Shown here: one piece after another, positions 12,001 to 24,331 of the stretch
How the letters are laid out: each line of letters opens with the position of its first letter
Position numbering within the stretch: the first letter of the stretch is position 1
Assembly (NCBI GenBank): GCA_020137815.1
Contig: CM035350.1
Location: forward strand, 4,712,001-4,776,000
DNA from: Hormiphora californensis
Taxonomy: Eukaryota > Animalia > Ctenophora
Reading direction: 5' to 3'
Length of the DNA: 64,000 bases
Made by a program: the position numbers and the translations under genes
Notes under the pieces: model-generated
The model's database searches: none
The model's input: the letters and a program-made list of their open reading frames with translations, nothing else
What the model was told of the DNA's origin: nothing

Positions 12001-14963
12001 ACGGAGAAAAGGAATAAACAAAAATAATAACAATTCTCCCTCCCCATCCCACCGAAATATATGCAAAATTAGATTATCATTATACTCTAACATCTAATTC
12101 TTGTTCCCATAGAGCCGGTCAGCACGCCAGGGTCGGAACGAGTTCCCTCTCCCAAGAAAGTGACCAGAGAGCCCGCTAGACCAGCAGTCAAGAAATACGT
12201 TTCAAGGCCCCAGCCGTAAGTTACTGTGAGAGTGCAGAAAGAGCAATCAAATCAGACTCACACACACTCAGTCTCATTCACAATGTTCATTCTCTCTCAC
12301 ACATGCAGCGGGGAGTCACAAGCGGAATACAGGAGAAGAGTGAGCTCTGTGACAGGTCGAGAATTTGGCAAGCGACTTCATCCATTTCAAAATCAGCAGA
12401 CAGAAACGTAATATCATGAGCTCCTTATAAAACCTAATAGCTCAATGCTCATACCACTTCTGATAGTTCACGTAATGATTGTTCAGTACTCCCAGAATCT
12501 CCCATTTCTCTTGAACAGGCCATGGCTACTTAGTGCTGCTTGTCGCAAATGTAATAATCAGATCATATTACTTTTAAAGAACTTGTTGCCCCGGTCTTGG
12601 TACTGACTGGGTCGCGGATTGAATCTGCGGTCATGATTCTGTAGCAGCGGGACGTAATACAAAGAATGGTACATATCTAGATGAAAGCAATATAGCCGAG
12701 TCGCATAAAATGAGAGGATTTATATCGTGTAGCCGGGTAGAGAAGAAATGAAGCAAGCAATACCACTCAAAGTGGTGTGTCTCAAAGAAGAGAGAGGGGG
12801 GAATTCACTTCCTTAACTCACTCACTGCATATTGCACAATCTTAACGTTAAAATAACATCTACCTAGCTCACATTTCAAACCGTAGTTTAACATATCTTG
12901 CCCAACCCCTCATGTTAAAAACCCCTGTTTTCTAATGCTAACCCCCCAGTCCTGTCCCTGTTGCTAGTGCCGGTCCAGTCCCAGAGACGAAAAGAGAGGA
13001 CTCCATCGCCACCTCCCGCTCCCCTACCGGACTTCATTGCGCTGTTCCAAGATGAGCCATGGTTTAGGGCCTACTTGCCCGACCCCGACCCAAGGGTAAG
13101 TTCCCCTCGAAGACATACGAAAAAAGCGAAACACTGAATCGTGCAGATTTGTGCAAACGAATAACTTGATACCGGTAAATAAAGATAAGAGACCTGAGGG
13201 ATTGAATTGAGGCCGGCGTCGTTCTCTTATCTTATTACTATAAGAGTGGGGAGTGAAGAGAGCGAGAGGGGTTGGTTACTGTTCTTTGAGCAGACTTCGG
13301 AGATGCATCACGTGGAGTTTGGTTTTTCATTCACACACTTCATTAAAGATCGAATATCCCTCTTCTTTATCTCACATTCTCTTCCCTTACTTTTAATAGC
13401 ATTCTTTAGTCACTCTCTACTCATCATGACTTTGTTTCTATCTAACCGAACGGTCTCTCTCTCTCTCTCCTTTTCAGACGTTCCCAGAGACGAATCTCTC
13501 ACAGTTCGTACAGATGGTATTGGATGCACTTACCAAAGCAGCTTTCCATGTCAAAGCAGAAATTTGTCAGGTCAGTTGAGCTGTTACTCTACAACATGCA
13601 ACAAAATGATGAAAAATACCATCAGTTCTTCTCATTTCACAGATGTTGTCGGCCGTCCCTTTCAACTTTAAACGATCGTGGCACGCGCGCTAGGCATTCA
13701 ATATTAAAAGTACATTTTCAGCACTTCATTTGGATGAAAGTTCGCGCGCGTTACCCTAGCAACAACCATGTGACGGATTTGAACCGGGTGTTTCCTTCTG
13801 CTCTCCAGGGCTGTAGAAATAGCCGGTTCAAATAACCCAGCTACGACTGGGTGTAATATGGCACAGAATAATACTAAACAGGGGCTAACAAACACTTTTT
13901 CAGGCTCTGGTGCTCATCCAAACTCAGTTTGGTATCCCCATTCCCACTGATGTGAAGCTGCAGGTCCTAAAAACACTGAACGAGTATCCCCTACCCCGGG
14001 TGTCTCTCCCAGATGAGCGGCAATTTATTACAGATTCCCTTAAACTCCTACAAAAGCTCAACGTTATGGATGAGTCTGTATTGGCTGAACTGATGGCACA
14101 ATTTATTGATGGAGATGACACCATTAGGACTCTGGTCCTGTTTGTCCTAAAAGCCCGAGGATTTGCCAACCAGAATGGATACTTTGAGCATGAATTGGAT
14201 GCTTGGGAGACATGGAAACTTGAGGGTGATCCCCAGAGAAAGCTAAAACTGATTGAAATGGCTGAAGATTGGATTAAGGATTGGAAGAACCGTTATAATG
14301 AATTCATTGGGAACATTTCGAATGAGGCCAAGAAATCAGGGAAGACCGTGTCTGAGATAATGGGAATGCTCAGCTCTCCCGGCACCAGCCCCATTGTCAC
14401 TATCGTCAACTTCTTCATTTTCAAGTGTAGGGACAGAGAGGAACACAAGGCCTCAGCGGATGGCAAGAAAACGGGCGAGGGAATAAGGAACGCAGTTATA
14501 AACATGCCAGCAATCAGAAAGAGTAATCTAATGAGACTGGGAGAAAGTCACCAGAGCAAATGTTATCCAGAGAGAGAATCTACTCTGAGTAAGTTTTCCC
14601 TGTTCTCTCGAACATTTTGTACCCGTCTCCGGTTTCATTTTTATATCTTTAGCTGTCTATACAAATTAAAAACAACAGAAGTTTTTATCTTTAGCTGTCT
14701 AGAATATCTTAACAAACTCTCCTTTTACAGGCCGCCTCCTGCCGCAATTGGATCCCCGAACCCAAAACCGTCTGAACCTGCTCCTGGATGGCTTCACGAC
14801 CTACATGGATTTAGCTCTAAAGCCCATCACACTGAACCCATTTACCAAGGTCCAAAACAAGAAGGCGCTAAAGGAGAAGACAAGGCCACGGTCACTGAAT
14901 CTAATGTCGCCTTTCAGATACTTCCTACCGGATTTAACGACCCTGTCTCTGACAGACAGTTGA
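93..14963 (+). CDS. WD40-repeat protein, WDR97/WDR87-like, multi-exon, 5' end outside window
   Basis: Chain of GT-AG exons. WD40 motifs include GHECRVAHIV...VVSAGEDHVIRVW and HTSTINCISV...ISGSVDGTIKVW, followed by Glu/Pro-rich exons. After the intron at ~4784-12111 the chain resumes at ~12112, 12950 (LPDFIALFQDEPWF), 13478, 13904 and 14731, ending at TGA 14961-14963. Subfamily call is from recalled similarity only. Confidence 0.7.
4953..7805 (-). CDS. Cytochrome P450, CYP46-like (copy 1), multi-exon, nested antisense in WDR gene intron
   Basis: N-terminal TM anchor, IPGPKRDSFLLGNI (CYP46A1-like), KETLR (ExxR), PERF, heme motif FLVGPRQCIG; I-helix YAAGNSTT. Confidence 0.9.
8237..8489. mobile_element. 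Non-autonomous DNA transposon (Kolobok-like MITE)
   Basis: ~30-bp TIRs AGTCGGATTTTTT..GAATTTGTCACCCCCTT / AAGGGGGTGACAACTTCAAAAAATCCGACT. Flanked by ATAA and TTAA (degenerate TTAA TSD), with AG...CT termini. Confidence 0.7.
8713..11988 (-). CDS. Cytochrome P450, CYP46-like (copy 2), tandem paralogue of copy 1
   Basis: Same exon structure and high nucleotide identity to 4953-7805, including parts of introns; FLVGPRQCIG, PERF, KETLR; I-helix YAAGNMTT. Confidence 0.9.
9078..9832. mobile_element. MITE, Tc1/mariner(pogo)-type, in last intron of CYP copy 2
   Basis: TIRs GGGTAAACCGGGGCAA / TTGCCCCGGTTTACCC flanked by TA on both sides; internal CCGGGGCAATTCGAAC repeats in both orientations; absent from the homologous intron of copy 1. 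Confidence 0.85.
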
Positions 14964-15245
14964 GATATGAAAAGAGATTTTATTATTTTCGTTTAGCATA
15001 CAAAGAGACAAACAGAACAGTTTTATTACTAAATTTGTATAGGGAGGAGATATGTAGATTTTGTAAATACGAAATATTATTTCTTAAAAAGTTTTTAAAA
15101 TCTGCACCCTTTCATTTTGTTAAATCGTCAAGCGGTGTCCTGAAAGTGAAACGGCAAAACATCGTTAATTTTGACCAACCATTCCAAGACCTCTAGCTCT
15201 TACAGTGTGATGAGGCCCCTTGATTGTATCTATACATCTTAAGCA

Positions 15246-15587
15246 TCAATTTGAATTCTTAGTCAATGTCTGCACGATCTCCACAGGAAACTCCTCCGAA
15301 TATTTTTCCACGCACCCTTTACAAAACCTGAACTTGTATACGACACTGCACCCCTCACACACCACTCTCCCACACACCCGACACTCACCAGCCATGCAAA
15401 CCACTCTTCGCTCCGGGGAATAGGGATCTCGCAGGAGATAACTCTCCTCTGTAAAAACAATTCCAGGGCAATACGGCGCCCGGCGGCCGTAAAAGTCGTA
15501 GGGAAGGAGTTGAGAACAGGATATGCATTGGATTGTATCTCGTTTAGCTTCTCCTTGAACCTCTGGTGCTTGTAGGGTATCTGTCAT
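15246..15587 (-). CDS. CDPF1: Cysteine-rich DPF motif domain-containing protein 1 homologue, intronless
   Basis: CxxC..PYDFYGRRAP..EESYLLRDPYS..CRVCGRVVC..CSVVYKFRFCKGC..FPVEI matches the CDPF1 pattern (DPF appears as DPY). Confidence 0.85.
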   Translation of the reverse strand: MTDTLQAPEVQGEAKRDTIQCISCSQLLPYDFYGRRAPYCPGIVFTEESYLLRDPYSPERRVVCMAGECRVCGRVVCEGCSVVYKFRFCKGCVEKYSEEFPVEIVQTLTKNSN

Positions 15588-15936
15588 GTTTCAAACTACG
15601 GGGAAGGGTTTAGTGGGTTTCAGTTGTTATGGTCTAACCCTCGAACCGGGGCGCGGTTGAGAGAGGGTTGAGCGAGGCAATTTTTCAGTAGACTGGTAGT
15701 TCTCGGGTCTCCTCAGCCTCATTAGAAAACGGTGTAAAACTAAACACGGCATCTAACGGTATTCGATGAAATAGTTAGGAAACGTGTACACAAATAATGG
15801 AAAAACAAAAAATAACAAACCCACCAACACCCTTTACTGTCTCTACATGTTGGGGACATGTTGCTAGATATTACACACTTGCCATGACCCCATATCACAG
15901 TCCAGTTACACAAGAAATAGGGGCGAGCAACTCCTC

Positions 15937-17309
15937 TCACGTGTAGTCTAGTAACTTCCTAACACTCGGACTCTTCCCTATTGCCTGTGTCGCTGGCTTC
16001 AAGTTGAGGGAATATCGCATCCGAAATAAGAAGGGGTGGATATCCGAGTATTTAGTATGGTACACATTTCCTATGTCATTTGGAATGTCCGGAGTTTTGG
16101 GCAGGTAGTCCTGAAAATAAAACAAGGTGTCAGAACGTGATAGCTCATAACCTGTCCCTTGCTGCGATCAGAGCGCCACCGAGGCTGCAAATCAGTCGGA
16201 TTACCAAGTCTAAATTACCAAATCAGATAACAAAAGCTTATAAAATCAAGAATATCTGTCACATACCGATTTGTTTATCATTTGTGTGATGTAAAAGACC
16301 TTCTCCGCCAGCTCCGTCCCTATCACCTCTTGGCGTCTCTGTTGCTCGGGGGTGCTAGTTACTGATACCAACTCAACTCGTACCTCCCAACTCTGAGGGG
16401 ATCGTGAGGCATGCTAATTATATTATGCATGTTACGTGATACTGTTATCACTTGTTGAGTAACTCAACAAGTTATCAAGGCTGTTTTATAAGTTCTCACA
16501 CTGAATGAGGGAATTATTTCACTGCCACACCGTTCAAACAACCAAGCATTACACACGAAATAAATATGGGTACAAATACAATAATTTACCTCCCATGTGA
16601 ATACATCCCCGCCGAAGGGCCACCTAGCTTTCTTCTTTTCGTAGAATTCCAGCGCTATTGTCCCATTTCTAGTCTGACCGGCATTCGCGGCACCTCTTAA
16701 CTCACTGCAGAATAGTATTTGAGGTATAGTTGGTACAATTCAAATCCCGAAAACTGAAATTCTTTAAACAAACCTGTGAAACTGTGTCACTTCTGTTTCT
16801 ATATCAGCAGCTAATTCTTGGTTGTTAACTGAGCAGTAGGTGAAATCAATCTTGTTACAATCGTTATCACACACTCCCAGGGATCCTGTAAAAATGGGGG
16901 GGGGGTTACAATCAGTGTGATTGAATCAGTCACTCCGGGATCGGGATTGACCCAGTCACTCATTTTGTTGCACTGTTTATTTGCAGTCACGGGCTTCGCG
17001 CGAGAAAATTAGAATGCTGACACTTTATGGTGTGGAGACATGTCGATCGCGCGTTACACAAGACGGACATTGGTAAACAAACGATGAACTGCAGTTACTG
17101 AACTGAAAGCAGCTATAGCTACTGGCTATTACTCCTAAGACCTAAACTCATTTTATCTTTAACTGACCTATGGAATATGTGCTTTCTTTCTTGTACGTTA
17201 TCTTCCCAAATGTTCGATGCAAAATTATCGTATGAAAGACACTCGAAAGGACTTCCTTTACGTGTTGACTCTCGACACTAAAATCGAGAGTGTACGCACG
17301 AACATTCAT
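15937..17309 (-). CDS. ATG101: Autophagy-related protein 101 (HORMA), 5 exons, missed by the ORF track
   Basis: Spliced translation MNVRAYTLDFSVESQHVKEVLSSVFHTIILHRTFGKITYKKESTYSIG-SLGVCDNDCNKIDFTYCSV...IALEFYEKKKARWPFGGDVFTWESWEV...DYLPKTP...IHPFLF; WF finger (RWPF) retained. Confidence 0.92.
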
Positions 17310-17628
17310 ATCTAGATAATATGTTTATTAAGGGGGATAGGATATTTTATTGGTGTGTTGAATAAAACAACGTGTATACCATTTTAATAGTAATTTAGAT
17401 AGACTCTATCATAGAGGAAGGTATTTTGATTTAAGATAATAGTTGTTGTACCTAGATTATAAAAAGACCCGCTATAAACACGCATATAACATTGAGTCGA
17501 CGAATCTGAAATTCCAGAGAGATAGCAGCTAAAGAATATATTTAAAATCCTGTTCCAGCCCAGAAATTGTAATACAAATCACCTTCTAACAATCGTCCAT
17601 ACAAAACAGCCATGTCTGTTTGTCCTAA

Positions 17629-18690
17629 TCAGTCGACATGTCGAATAGAACAGATACTATCTCCCGGATCAGTTGACAAATTAGCAATTACACCATCATC
17701 AAAGTTAAACTTCCTCTGAACCCCATCCATAACAATTTTACCGTTCCAACAAAGTGACTTGACCGTTATGTTATCAGAGTACCCCTGAGTGTTTGTCGTA
17801 TTGAAAACATGATTCTGCAGCGCCTCCCGAGTAATATATTTCATCTTGGGGCTCTCCGCTCCGAACACATACGCTTCATTGAATTTCCTTAGGACTAACT
17901 GCATGTCGTCAGGTGTTAGGGAGCGAGAGAGGAGACCCGCCTCTCCCATCACATCCACCAGTTTTTCTGTTCTGTATGGATCTAGTTGGTTGACATGGTA
18001 ACCCCACGCTGTTGATCCAGAACCGGTACACACCACGAACCCAGAGGATTTCTGTCTCTCCGGGGGATTCTTGTCTATCTGGAGTTCAAGGTAGCTTAGC
18101 CGGGTGGGCGATGTTTCGCCAAGGTATATATCATTTAGGGCAAATCGTGGTATTTCAACCTCTGTGTACTGCCCGATACACGGGTAGGTCAGTTTCACTC
18201 TGATTCTCGTTCTGTTTATGAAGGAGCACTTTTCTCTCGCTAACTGCCCAATAATGTGCTTCAAGTTATGGCCCTGCGTCTCAGATCGGACACAAAGATA
18301 CCCGGTAGACCGCTCCGGATCGGTATTTAGACCCACCAAGAGTTGTCCGCCATCCAACTGACTAGCAACATTCAGATATGTCCCATCTCCCCCCGCTGAC
18401 ACAAACAGGTCCGGCCAACTCCGATCACTACCCTGGACAGAGTGAACTAGCCGGACTTCAGGGAAATATTGGCGTAGTTCGGTGAGAATTGTAGCCAAAT
18501 TAGCCTCATGAACATCATGCCTCGTTTTGATCGCAAAACCATCCTGTTCACGTCCGAGGTTCCGGAGATTTTCTAGGTAGCAAGGGTGTCGAAGTGTCTC
18601 TCGGACTAGACGGGTCCGTTTTTGTACTACCAGTACCCTGCGAGGGTTCCTGCCTAACTTCTCAGCGAGAGATCTACAGACATGCTTCAT
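17629..18690 (-). CDS. NADK2: NAD kinase 2 (mitochondrial type), intronless
   Basis: GGDGTYL, LNTDPERSTGYLC, ALNDIYLGE and KSSGFVVCTGSGSTAW motifs typical of NADK2/C5orf33. Confidence 0.9.
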   Translation of the reverse strand: MKHVCRSLAEKLGRNPRRVLVVQKRTRLVRETLRHPCYLENLRNLGREQDGFAIKTRHDVHEANLATILTELRQYFPEVRLVHSVQGSDRSWPDLFVSAGGDGTYLNVASQLDGGQLLVGLNTDPERSTGYLCVRSETQGHNLKHIIGQLAREKCSFINRTRIRVKLTYPCIGQYTEVEIPRFALNDIYLGETSPTRLSYLELQIDKNPPERQKSSGFVVCTGSGSTAWGYHVNQLDPYRTEKLVDVMGEAGLLSRSLTPDDMQLVLRKFNEAYVFGAESPKMKYITREALQNHVFNTTNTQGYSDNITVKSLCWNGKIVMDGVQRKFNFDDGVIANLSTDPGDSICSIRHVD

Positions 18691-18954
18691 GTCATGGCAA
18701 TACAGTTGAACTGGAGAGGTTGGGAGAGTTTGTTAGTGGTTGGGATTCAGGAGTTTTGGGGGAAGGGGGAACGACAAAGTTGTTTCTCTCGTACAATAAA
18801 CGTAATAAAATGTGGGAAGTAGTCATACAACCCTCGAGCAACACAATAGCAACATCAAATATCCAATCAGTTAATTGGGTAGTAATTGGATAAAACTTAG
18901 CAATTAACATCTCCAAAGTCTCACATAACCTCAATATATTTGTCTTCATTTCTC

Positions 18955-19869
18955 TCAGCTCTTCTTTTTCTCTGTACTACAGTTTGGACAAAACCACTTT
19001 CCCTTAGGCTTGGCTGTAAGGTTAACACAACGGAAATGGAACCACTCGATGGGGCAGGAGTTATTGTCACACCCAATCATCTCTCCATAAGAGACCTCAT
19101 TACAAGAGCAATAACGGGGCTCATCCGAGTCAGGCGGGTCAAGTTCAGGGGGTGTGGGGGAGCTCTTCCTCTCTCTGCGTTTCCGTGCCGGTTTCTTCCT
19201 AGTACTAGCAGGTCTACTAGCTGATGAGTCTTCATCTTCATTATCCTTTACAAGATTCCTCTGAACAGATCTCCTTCCCCCTCCTCCTCCTCCACCGGCA
19301 CCTCCACCACGACCACGGGATGCTGAACTGGAGGTTCTCTTGGTGAGTTTCCTAACGCCACTACTATTATCATCATCATCCTCTGGGATTGCAGGGGAAT
19401 CCTCGCCCTGATCCTCATTGTTGGAACATATTGGAGAGGGAGTGTCTGTGTCCAGGATTTTCAGTTGTAGTAGCTGCATTTGATCCTCGTCAAGTGCACC
19501 CCCAGCCTGCTCCAACAGACCCTGTATCACCCTAACACAATCACTCTTCATCTCTTCTAACAACAACACCCTATCCAGCCTGCTCTTAACCTGCTGTATA
19601 TCCTCCCTTAGTTCAGCACGGGTGTGACCCGTTGTTTTCATGGTGTGCTTAATTTGGTCTATCTCCCGGAGCTGCCTCTGCACTTTGACATCCAGCTCCA
19701 TGATTCGTGTAACCTCTCTCATGACGGAGTCAGGGGTGTGCTGCACAGTGGACATGTAGGTTTTGATGTAGGATGAGGGCAGGAAGGAAGGGGTACTGCT
19801 CTCGTTACTCAGCTCACTCTCGCTGCTGACTGTTGTATCTGTGGAGGATTCCATGCCGATATCATACAT
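18955..19869 (-). CDS. Inhibitor of growth (ING) family PHD-finger protein, intronless CDS
   Basis: ING N-terminal helical region ([27 protein letters not shown]), basic NLS, PHD finger [44 protein letters not shown]. Confidence 0.92.
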   Translation of the reverse strand: MYDIGMESSTDTTVSSESELSNESSTPSFLPSSYIKTYMSTVQHTPDSVMREVTRIMELDVKVQRQLREIDQIKHTMKTTGHTRAELREDIQQVKSRLDRVLLLEEMKSDCVRVIQGLLEQAGGALDEDQMQLLQLKILDTDTPSPICSNNEDQGEDSPAIPEDDDDNSSGVRKLTKRTSSSASRGRGGGAGGGGGGGRRSVQRNLVKDNEDEDSSASRPASTRKKPARKRRERKSSPTPPELDPPDSDEPRYCSCNEVSYGEMIGCDNNSCPIEWFHFRCVNLTAKPKGKWFCPNCSTEKKKS

Positions 19870-19894
19870 GTTGGTGGAGCTAAAATGAGGGGTT

Positions 19895-20010
19895 GAGAGT
19901 TTGTAAAGGTTAGTTATACTGGGGGCGGGGGGTCGAGAGTTTGTAAAGGTTAGTTATACTGGGGGGCGGGGGTCGAGAGTTTGTAAAGGTTTGTGATACT
20001 GGGGGCGGGG
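19895..20010. repeat. ~39-bp tandem repeat x3 just upstream of ING acceptor
   Basis: GAGAGTTTGTAAAGGTTAGTTATACTGGGGGCGGGG repeated three times; carries CTAAC on the minus strand in two copies. Confidence 0.85.
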
Positions 20011-20476
20011 GATATGTCATCAGGGGTTTTGGAGGATGGTAGTATGCAAAACAGTAAAACAACTGCTATGTAGATGCAGTAATTAAAACACAGACTGATC
20101 AAACCGTGGGCTAATCAAATATGGCAGGAAAATTGAAAAAGGCCTTCGGATATCATGCTCATTCGGCCCAGTGCGGAGAGGACGGTAGACCGTTGAGTGG
20201 TTTACGGTTGATAAAATGCAGCCCCTGCTAGCCTTTGCTACAAGCTGATCTGTTCAGTCTGAGAGAGTTTCTGCTATGATTGATCAGCACACTATTTGAT
20301 CAGTCTATGCCCAACATATCAAAACAATTCAGCAAATCATAAAAATAGAAATTGTAGAAAACTCAAACCTTTTCCTGCTTAAAAAATCACAATAATCCTT
20401 CAAAAAAACTAAAAGAGTTCATCAAGATGTAAGAAAACAGAAAACATCATTCTTTTTATTCAATTCCTTTCTCCTA

Positions 20477-23400
20477 TTATATCATTTCAAGGACCTTTAG
20501 AACTGATCCAAAGATGTCAGGTCGTTCAACTCGACAGGTGAATGTATCGGGATCAAATAGGGTGTGGTTAGTACCTCTCAAATCACCAGTTAGTGAAGGC
20601 GTGTACTGCACATCAGTATGAATAACAAAATATCCCTGGATAAATATTATTAGGGAGCTGAGAGGGGAAGTTTTAGTGTAACAAAAAGGGAGAAGAGGGG
20701 GAGTTTTAGTGTAACCAGGGCGATAAAAACATTCGCGAGTGTGAAATCTATCACTGAGACTATTATCTGCGTTTTACCTTTTGTAGAGAGAAATCGAATC
20801 CAGAAAACATGATGTTGTCAAATGCAGGGAGAGGAAGTCCGTTTTTTAGGAAGGAGTTTGCAAAAGGAACCAAAAGTGATCGGCAAAACTTGACAAAAGT
20901 TTCCAGTCTCGATACACTTATGTTACCAATGTTGCTGCTCCTTAATTGTACCTCGGGCCTGAGGAATTTATAAATTAACAAGGGCAATTAAAGCAGTACG
21001 TTAATTAAATAATTAAATAATTATTTAAATACATAATTAGTTGAATACAATTACTCCAGTGTGACGACATCAAGCCATATCATGCTCTGTTGACCCAGAT
21101 GGACACTGATATTGACACACAGGTCCACCTGGGCGTCCACCACGAAGGCAGTAGTTAGGTGTCCGGTGTCTGGATCCTTAACAAACCATGTCACTATTCC
21201 CTCAGCTCTACCACTCACTCCTAGGGGATACAATGATGCGGGGGTTTGTTCCTAGTTGTATTTTGTAAATTTCTATTTATAGAGCACGATAAGTATCTCG
21301 TAGGCAATTCAGCGAGGTTGACATTTGACAACAATTGAGATTCATTTAACGTTTCGATTCACAACTAACATTTCATACAGAAACTACCTTGTGGGTCAAT
21401 GTGAAAGAGAACAGGTTTGGTAACTTCAATCCATAGCACCATATCCTGGTCAGGGTAGACCTGGTGTAGCTCTGGAACAAAGAACTTGAAGTAGTCGGTG
21501 TTCAACTTAATGGGCACTGCAGAGGGGATCTGAAATAGAACTTGAAGTAGTTGGTGTTCAACTTAATGGGCACTGCAGAGGGGATCTGAAATAGATATAT
21601 CATAGGTTGAGTATCATTGGGTGCCCTCTGACCTCTGAAAGCGTGATAGAAAATAGAGAGTTGGAAGAAAGGGAATGGGGGCCACGGGACACCATACCCA
21701 AATAATCAAAGAATATATACTTTATAAAGATCATGGATGGGAAACATGTAGTTGGGGAGTTATTAAAGAATAATACAGATTTGCCCTTACAGGGACGTGC
21801 ACAAAAGCTGGTTTCCAAACTACGATTGCACAAATCTGAGAGATTTCACCACATACGTCTTTGTTAGTAAGATTATATTGAAGGAAGCCTGAATCCTTGT
21901 AGGCCCACCCGGCAGTGTTTAACATGTACTCCGTCACCCACAGCGTCACCATCCTAGACCCGACGGTGTCAGGTAGCTCTTGTTTGGGTGACGGGCACTC
22001 CCTCGGATCCGACCTTGAGTAGATCTCACCTTGATATGGAGGGGAGGTTTAGATACAGGTTTATACAAGTGATGTATCAGATATAATTAGGGCATCATAT
22101 AGTAACCTTTTCCGTTGATAAAGATGGCATTATCAACAACGAATGGAGGTTGAATGAGGGTATAGTCGATAAAACAAAAATCATCAATAGTTGTGTGTAG
22201 ATCGAGTGTGTTCAGTTCGTTGTTTAGGTCCCCATTGAGCTCGTTTACTACTAGCGGACACACCTAGACATTGTTTTGTTCAAACCAATTTTTGCTAGGC
22301 AACCTAGACATTGAACTTATGACATCAATAACACGTCGTCCCACCGCACTCTCTCTCTAAGTAAATAATATGTTGGCACTGTTCTCTCACTCTCTCCCAA
22401 TACCTGTGTGTCTAGAGCGTCTTTAATGCTGCCCCCTATCTGGTCACTGAACAGATTATAAAGGAAACTGGCACCACCGTGAAACGAAACCTCCAGTTTT
22501 CCAATATGAAACGAGCAATGTTGAGCTGTAACGTGGGGCTCCCCCTTTGAGGTAGAACCTAGGGAGGGAGGGAAGGAGGTGTAATGTGGGGCTCCCCCTT
22601 AGAGGTAGAACCTAGGGAGGGAGGGAGCTGTAATGTGGGGCTCCCCCTTAGAGGTAGAACCTAGGTTGGATGAGGAGAGATAACATCAAATGAGGGAGAG
22701 TTTGTCAGGAACTGACTGTAACATCACGCATGCTGCTCAATCTACATATAGTAAAGCTGACTCCAGCATACAGTTTGGTGCAGTGGGGTGAGAGAAATAG
22801 TGCAATAGTGCCTCTAGTAAGGCTTACTAGTAAGCAGTGATGCGGGGCTAGCTTCGCCCGGCATTCTAGTACACCAAATGGGTGTGCACTTTCTTACCAA
22901 CGAGGATATCCAATGTCAGTGTGATGCCATTTGCTGCCATGTCTACAGAACCACCATCCGAGATATGCGGCCAGGATTCCTCTTTATAATGCCATTCAGC
23001 TGTCATCTGGGAGAAATACTGCGTTAATGAAAGGAATTGGAACTGGAAGTGGGTTGAGATGTCGTGTTACCGAACTTTGTCATTATGCCGAGATACTGTG
23101 GCCAAACTTTGTCTTTGTATGCATACCGAGATGGATCCGCTCCTAATGGTCACATCAATATTCGAGGAGGGTACTACTTTGACATCTGTGTTAGAGATAT
23201 CAACCGATCTTATCTTGATACTGAAACACAGCTATTAGAGGGTTAAACTGGAGTAAACTAACAGTGCAGCAGTCATTAAACTTTCATATTTTAGTAAGTA
23301 AAGTGTCGCGTAGATGATTTCGGTTGTTTCTCTCTCACCTGTACAATCTAACATTGATGTGTCCTAACGGTGTGTCGACACGACCCGACCAGTCTGGTAT

Positions 23401-23629
23401 GGAGGCTGTTTTAATGCTATCCGTCAGTATAGGAAGGACGACCTCCTTGCCTGGAGGAAGAATGTTATGGTCCGACCTTTAAATTTGGGTACGAGGTCCC
23501 CCCTCCTTTACTCGCCCCCCCCCCTTCTTCACTCGCCCCCCTCCTCCTTCACTCGCCCCCCCCCCCCCCCCCTCCCGAACTAGACGTGTGCGATATCGTG
23601 AAAGAGTACACAGCGCAGGAGAGAGAGAA

Positions 23630-23701
<72 letters not shown>

Positions 23702-23890
23702 GGAATATAATACCCAACCTTTAAATAATATGTACATATGCGAATATTCTTGTGCACTAGGGGTGTCACAATACCTACCATAGTCGACTCCTTTTTGCGT
23801 CACTTGAAACCGGAACCCCGGTAATGCTGACTCCAATTGCGCATCAGAGGAATGTAGGAGTAGGAAGTTAAGGGCGATTAGAAACAACAT
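20477..23890 (-). CDS. BPI/LBP-family (TULIP) secreted lipid-binding protein, ~10 exons
   Basis: Signal peptide followed by PGFRFQVTQKGVDY (cf. BPI PGVVVRISQKGLDY) and RMVTLWVTEYMLNTAGWAYKDSGFLQYNLT (BPI2 domain); C-terminal LKNGLPLP; stop TAA at 20477-20479. Confidence 0.85.
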
Positions 23891-24331
23891 CCTTACATTA
23901 TGCTAGAGAGATATATGGAGTGGAGTTATAAAGATTCGACAGGATGTTATGAAGAAATAAACGATACTTTGATAAACAGCACAAAACTTTTTAAAGATAA
24001 TTTAAACTTTTCAAACTAAAATTCTATACACTATTTTCTGACAACTGAAAAACTAAATCACATACACACACGCTTTTGAACATAAAACAGATGTAAAAAG
24101 TGTAATAAAATATCAGGTTGGCACAGACGTAACTAATCACTCTAAAACTAGTGTATACAATAGCAGTTTTCCAGCGAGCGAATTAGCACAGCCGACCGAT
24201 TAAGCGAAAGAGTTTTCAGCACAGTTACTGTCCCAACTGTCCCAAATAGTTACCATGGTTACCACAGTTACTGTCCAACATGTACCAAGTAGTTACCATG
24301 GTTACCACGGATACCATGGTTACCACGGTTA

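Noticed and set aside
12500-12760. Possible decayed GPCR fragment on the minus strand in a WDR intron
   Set aside because: Hydrophobic stretch with stops and no diagnostic motif; cannot be supported without a search.
13910-15196. 428-aa ORF as a standalone gene
   Set aside because: It is a large WDR-gene exon read through an intron (donor ~14589, acceptor ~14730); the last exon uses another frame.
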